From an uncultured Acidobacteriota bacterium (GTDB lineage: Bacteria > Acidobacteriota > Thermoanaerobaculia > Multivoradales > UBA5704): DNA of 64,000 nucleotides. Every line of letters begins with the position of its first letter. Position 1 is the first letter of the stretch. The position numbers and the translations under genes were made by a program. A model generated the notes under the pieces. The model was not told the DNA's origin. It worked only from the letters and a program-made list of their open reading frames with translations, and ran no database searches. Shown piece by piece: positions 61,712 to 64,000 of the stretch. The stretch is from contig CAVYRF010000002.1 of NCBI GenBank assembly GCA_963770895.1, positions 3,936,001 to 4,000,000 of the forward strand, given 5' to 3'.

Positions 61712-64000
61712 GCGAATCTCCGGCGGACGCGGCGCGCGGCCTTGTGCTGCGGATCGCCAGCGAGGTGGCGCACGAGGTCCACGGCCCGCAGTGGGGGGCG
61801 AGCGCTTCGCGGCTCGCGATGGGATCGTCGCTGGAGCGCGACCTGGGGCTGGACAGCCTGGGCCGGGGCGAGCTGCTGGCGCGCCTGGAGCGGCACTTCG
61901 CTGTGTCCCTGCCAGAAAGCGTCCTGATCGACGCCGAGACGCCCGAAGACCTGTGGCAGGCGCTGGCCGAGGCCGGGGCGGCGGCGGCATCGCCGCCCTT
62001 GGCTCCGCCGCTTGCTGCTACGCAGCTCGCTACAGCGTTGCCTGCTGCCGCGCCGGATCAGGCACTGCGGCCAGGACCAGCGCCAGCGGCGCCGGCCGCG
62101 GACCTGGCTGGTGGCGCGGCGGCGGTTGGCGGGGACGGTGGGGCGGAGCCGGCGCCCGATACAGTGCGCACGCTGGTCGAGGTCCTGGCGTGGCATGCGG
62201 AGCGGCATCCGCGGCGGCGGCATCTGCTGTTCTATGCCGGCGACGGGGCGCCGCTGGAGCTGAGCTACGGCGAGTTGCAGCGGCGGGCGGGACGGGCGGC
62301 GGCCGGCCTGCGGGCAGCCGGGGTGGCGCGCGGCCAGGCGGTGGCATTGATGCTGCCCAGCGGCCACGACTACTTTGTCGCCTTCTGCGGCGTCTTGCTG
62401 GCGGGCGCCGTGCCGGTGCCGCTCTATCCGCCGGCGCGCCGCAGCCAGATCGAAGACCATCTGCGCCGCCAGGCGGGCATCCTGGGCACGGCCCAGGCGG
62501 TGGCGCTGATCACGTTCGGCGAGGCGATGACCGCCGCGCGGCTGCTGCGGGCGCAGGTTCCGGGGCTCGCGCGGGTGACGACGGTGGCCGACCTGGAGGA
62601 GGCGGCGGGTGCAGTCGATGCCGCCTCCGAAGGTGGTGGGCCTGGCGGGGATCACGTGTCGGCAGGGGAGGGCGTGCCGGCGACGAGTGGCGCCAGCGAG
62701 CTGGCCGCGGATCGCGGCGTGGCGGGGGCCGGCGCGGGCGAGGAGATCGCGCTTTTGCAGTTCACCTCGGGCAGCACGGGGCAGCCCAAGGGGGTGGTGC
62801 TGACGCATGCCAACCTGCTGGCCAACTTGCGGGCGATCGGGCGGGCGATCGAGATCGGGCCGCGGGATGTGGTGGTGAGCTGGCTACCGCTGTACCACGA
62901 CATGGGCCTGATCGGCGCCTGGATGGCCAGCCTGTACTTCGGCATGCCGCTGGTGCTGATGTCGCCGCTGACGTTTCTGGCGCGGCCGGCGCGGTGGCTG
63001 CAAGCGCTGTCGCGCCATCGCGGGACGCTGTCGGCGGCGCCCAACTTCGCCTACGAGCTGTGCGCGCACAAGGTCACGGACGAAGAGATGGCGGGGGTCG
63101 ACCTGTCGAGCTGGCGGTTTGCCTTGAACGGCGCCGAGCCGGTCAGCCCCGAGGTGCTGGGGCGGTTCACCGCGCGCTTCCGCCGCTTCGGCTTTGAGCC
63201 GCGGGCGATGGCGCCGGTCTACGGCCTGGCGGAATGCTCGCTGGCGCTGGCGTTTCCGCCGCAGGGGCGCGGGCCGGTCGTCGACGTGGTGGACCGCCGC
63301 CGGTTCGAGCGCTCCGGCCGCGCCGTGCCGGCGGCGCCGGTGCCGGCGGACGCTGCTGGCGAGGGGGATGCGGCAGTCGGATCGCCGGCGGTGCTGCGCT
63401 TTGTCGGCTGCGGCGTGCCGCTGCCGGGGCACCAGGTGCGGATCGTGGACACCGCCGGCAACGAGGTGGGCGAGCGCGTCGAAGGGCGCCTGCAGTTCCG
63501 TGGGCCTTCGGCGACCAGCGGCTATTTCCGCGATCCGGCGGCGACGCGGCGCCTGCGCCACGGCGATTGGCTGGATTCGGGCGACCGCGCCTACACGGTG
63601 GGGCGCGAGGTGTTCCTCACCGGCCGCGACAAGGACATCATCATCCGCGGCGGCCGCAACCTGTATCCGCACGAGCTGGAGGAAGCGGTGGGCGCGGTTG
63701 CCGGCATCCGCAAGGGGTGCGTGGCGGTGTTCGGCGTCGCCGATCGCCGCAGTGGCACGGAGCGGCTGGTGGTGCTGGCCGAGACCCGCGAACGGCAGGA
63801 GCCGGCGCGCGCCCGGCTGCGCGCCGCGGTCGAGGAGCGGGCGCTGGCGCTGCTCGGCGAGCCGGTGGACGAGGTGGTGCTGGCGCCGCCGCACAGCGTG
63901 CCCAAGACCTCCAGCGGCAAGGTGCGCCGGGCCGCCGGCCGCGAGCTGTACCTGTCGGGGCGGATCGGCCGCGGCAGCGCGGCGCTCGGCGTACAGATGG
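61708..64000 (+). CDS. ACP + fatty acyl-AMP ligase fusion (3'-truncated by window; probably continues into an acyltransferase)
   Basis: Not in the ORF track. GTG overlaps the DUF1203 stop. LGLDSL ACP motif, LQFTSGSTGQPKG, SWLPLYHDMGLIG, YGLAE, PKTSSGK. Confidence 0.88.
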   Translation, partial: MSESPADAARGLVLRIASEVAHEVHGPQWGASASRLAMGSSLERDLGLDSLGRGELLARLERHFAVSLPESVLIDAETPEDLWQALAEAGAAAASPPLAPPLAATQLATALPAAAPDQALRPGPAPAAPAADLAGGAAAVGGDGGAEPAPDTVRTLVEVLAWHAERHPRRRHLLFYAGDGAPLELSYGELQRRAGRAAAGLRAAGVARGQAVALMLPSGHDYFVAFCGVLLAGAVPVPLYPPARRSQIEDHLRRQAGILGTAQAVALITFGEAMTAARLLRAQVPGLARVTTVADLEEAAGAVDAASEGGGPGGDHVSAGEGVPATSGASELAADRGVAGAGAGEEIALLQFTSGSTGQPKGVVLTHANLLANLRAIGRAIEIGPRDVVVSWLPLYHDMGLIGAWMASLYFGMPLVLMSPLTFLARPARWLQALSRHRGTLSAAPNFAYELCAHKVTDEEMAGVDLSSWRFALNGAEPVSPEVLGRFTARFRRFGFEPRAMAPVYGLAECSLALAFPPQGRGPVVDVVDRRRFERSGRAVPAAPVPADAAGEGDAAVGSPAVLRFVGCGVPLPGHQVRIVDTAGNEVGERVEGRLQFRGPSATSGYFRDPAATRRLRHGDWLDSGDRAYTVGREVFLTGRDKDIIIRGGRNLYPHELEEAVGAVAGIRKGCVAVFGVADRRSGTERLVVLAETRERQEPARARLRAAVEERALALLGEPVDEVVLAPPHSVPKTSSGKVRRAAGRELYLSGRIGRGSAALGVQM

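Noticed and set aside
61530-63197. 555-aa plus-strand ORF in the track
   Set aside because: A shadow frame. The real gene is the ACP-FAAL frame starting at 61708.

Overview
Very GC-rich bacterial DNA. Gene content and the repeated C-terminal 'GLFWFFS..NPEMLVKVLNGC' domain suggest Acidobacteriota/Thermoanaerobaculia (inference). Bases 1-25.6 kb are the downstream end of a hybrid PKS-NRPS cluster. It has a 5'-truncated megasynthase (KS-AT-ACP-aminotransferase-C-A[Ser]-T-C-T-C-A[Ile]-T-C-A[Cys-like]-T-TE), then an SDR, a carbamoyltransferase, a divergent GT-B glycosyltransferase, an ATP-grasp-like ligase, a SyrD/PvdE-type exporter and a SyrP/TauD dioxygenase. The rest is accessory DNA: a serine hydrolase-RR-HK operon, scrambled toxin-antitoxin remnants, a sigma54/IHF-driven secreted protein beside a Ser/Thr kinase-TPR and a GAF-sigma54 activator, a type II TE, MgtC, a pyruvate oxidase-like enzyme, secreted propeller proteins, a multicopper oxidase, TyrA, a D-aminoacylase, WS/DGAT, a KdpDE-like pair with TolC and a PP-loop protein, a PIN pair, DUF4238 and an ACP-FAAL fusion. 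Highlights missing from the ORF track: an orphan 54-aa Cys/Thr-rich RiPP-type precursor (48483-48647, minus strand), a 3-copy palindromic repeat and several regulator boxes. All calls come from motif recognition by eye; no searches were run.
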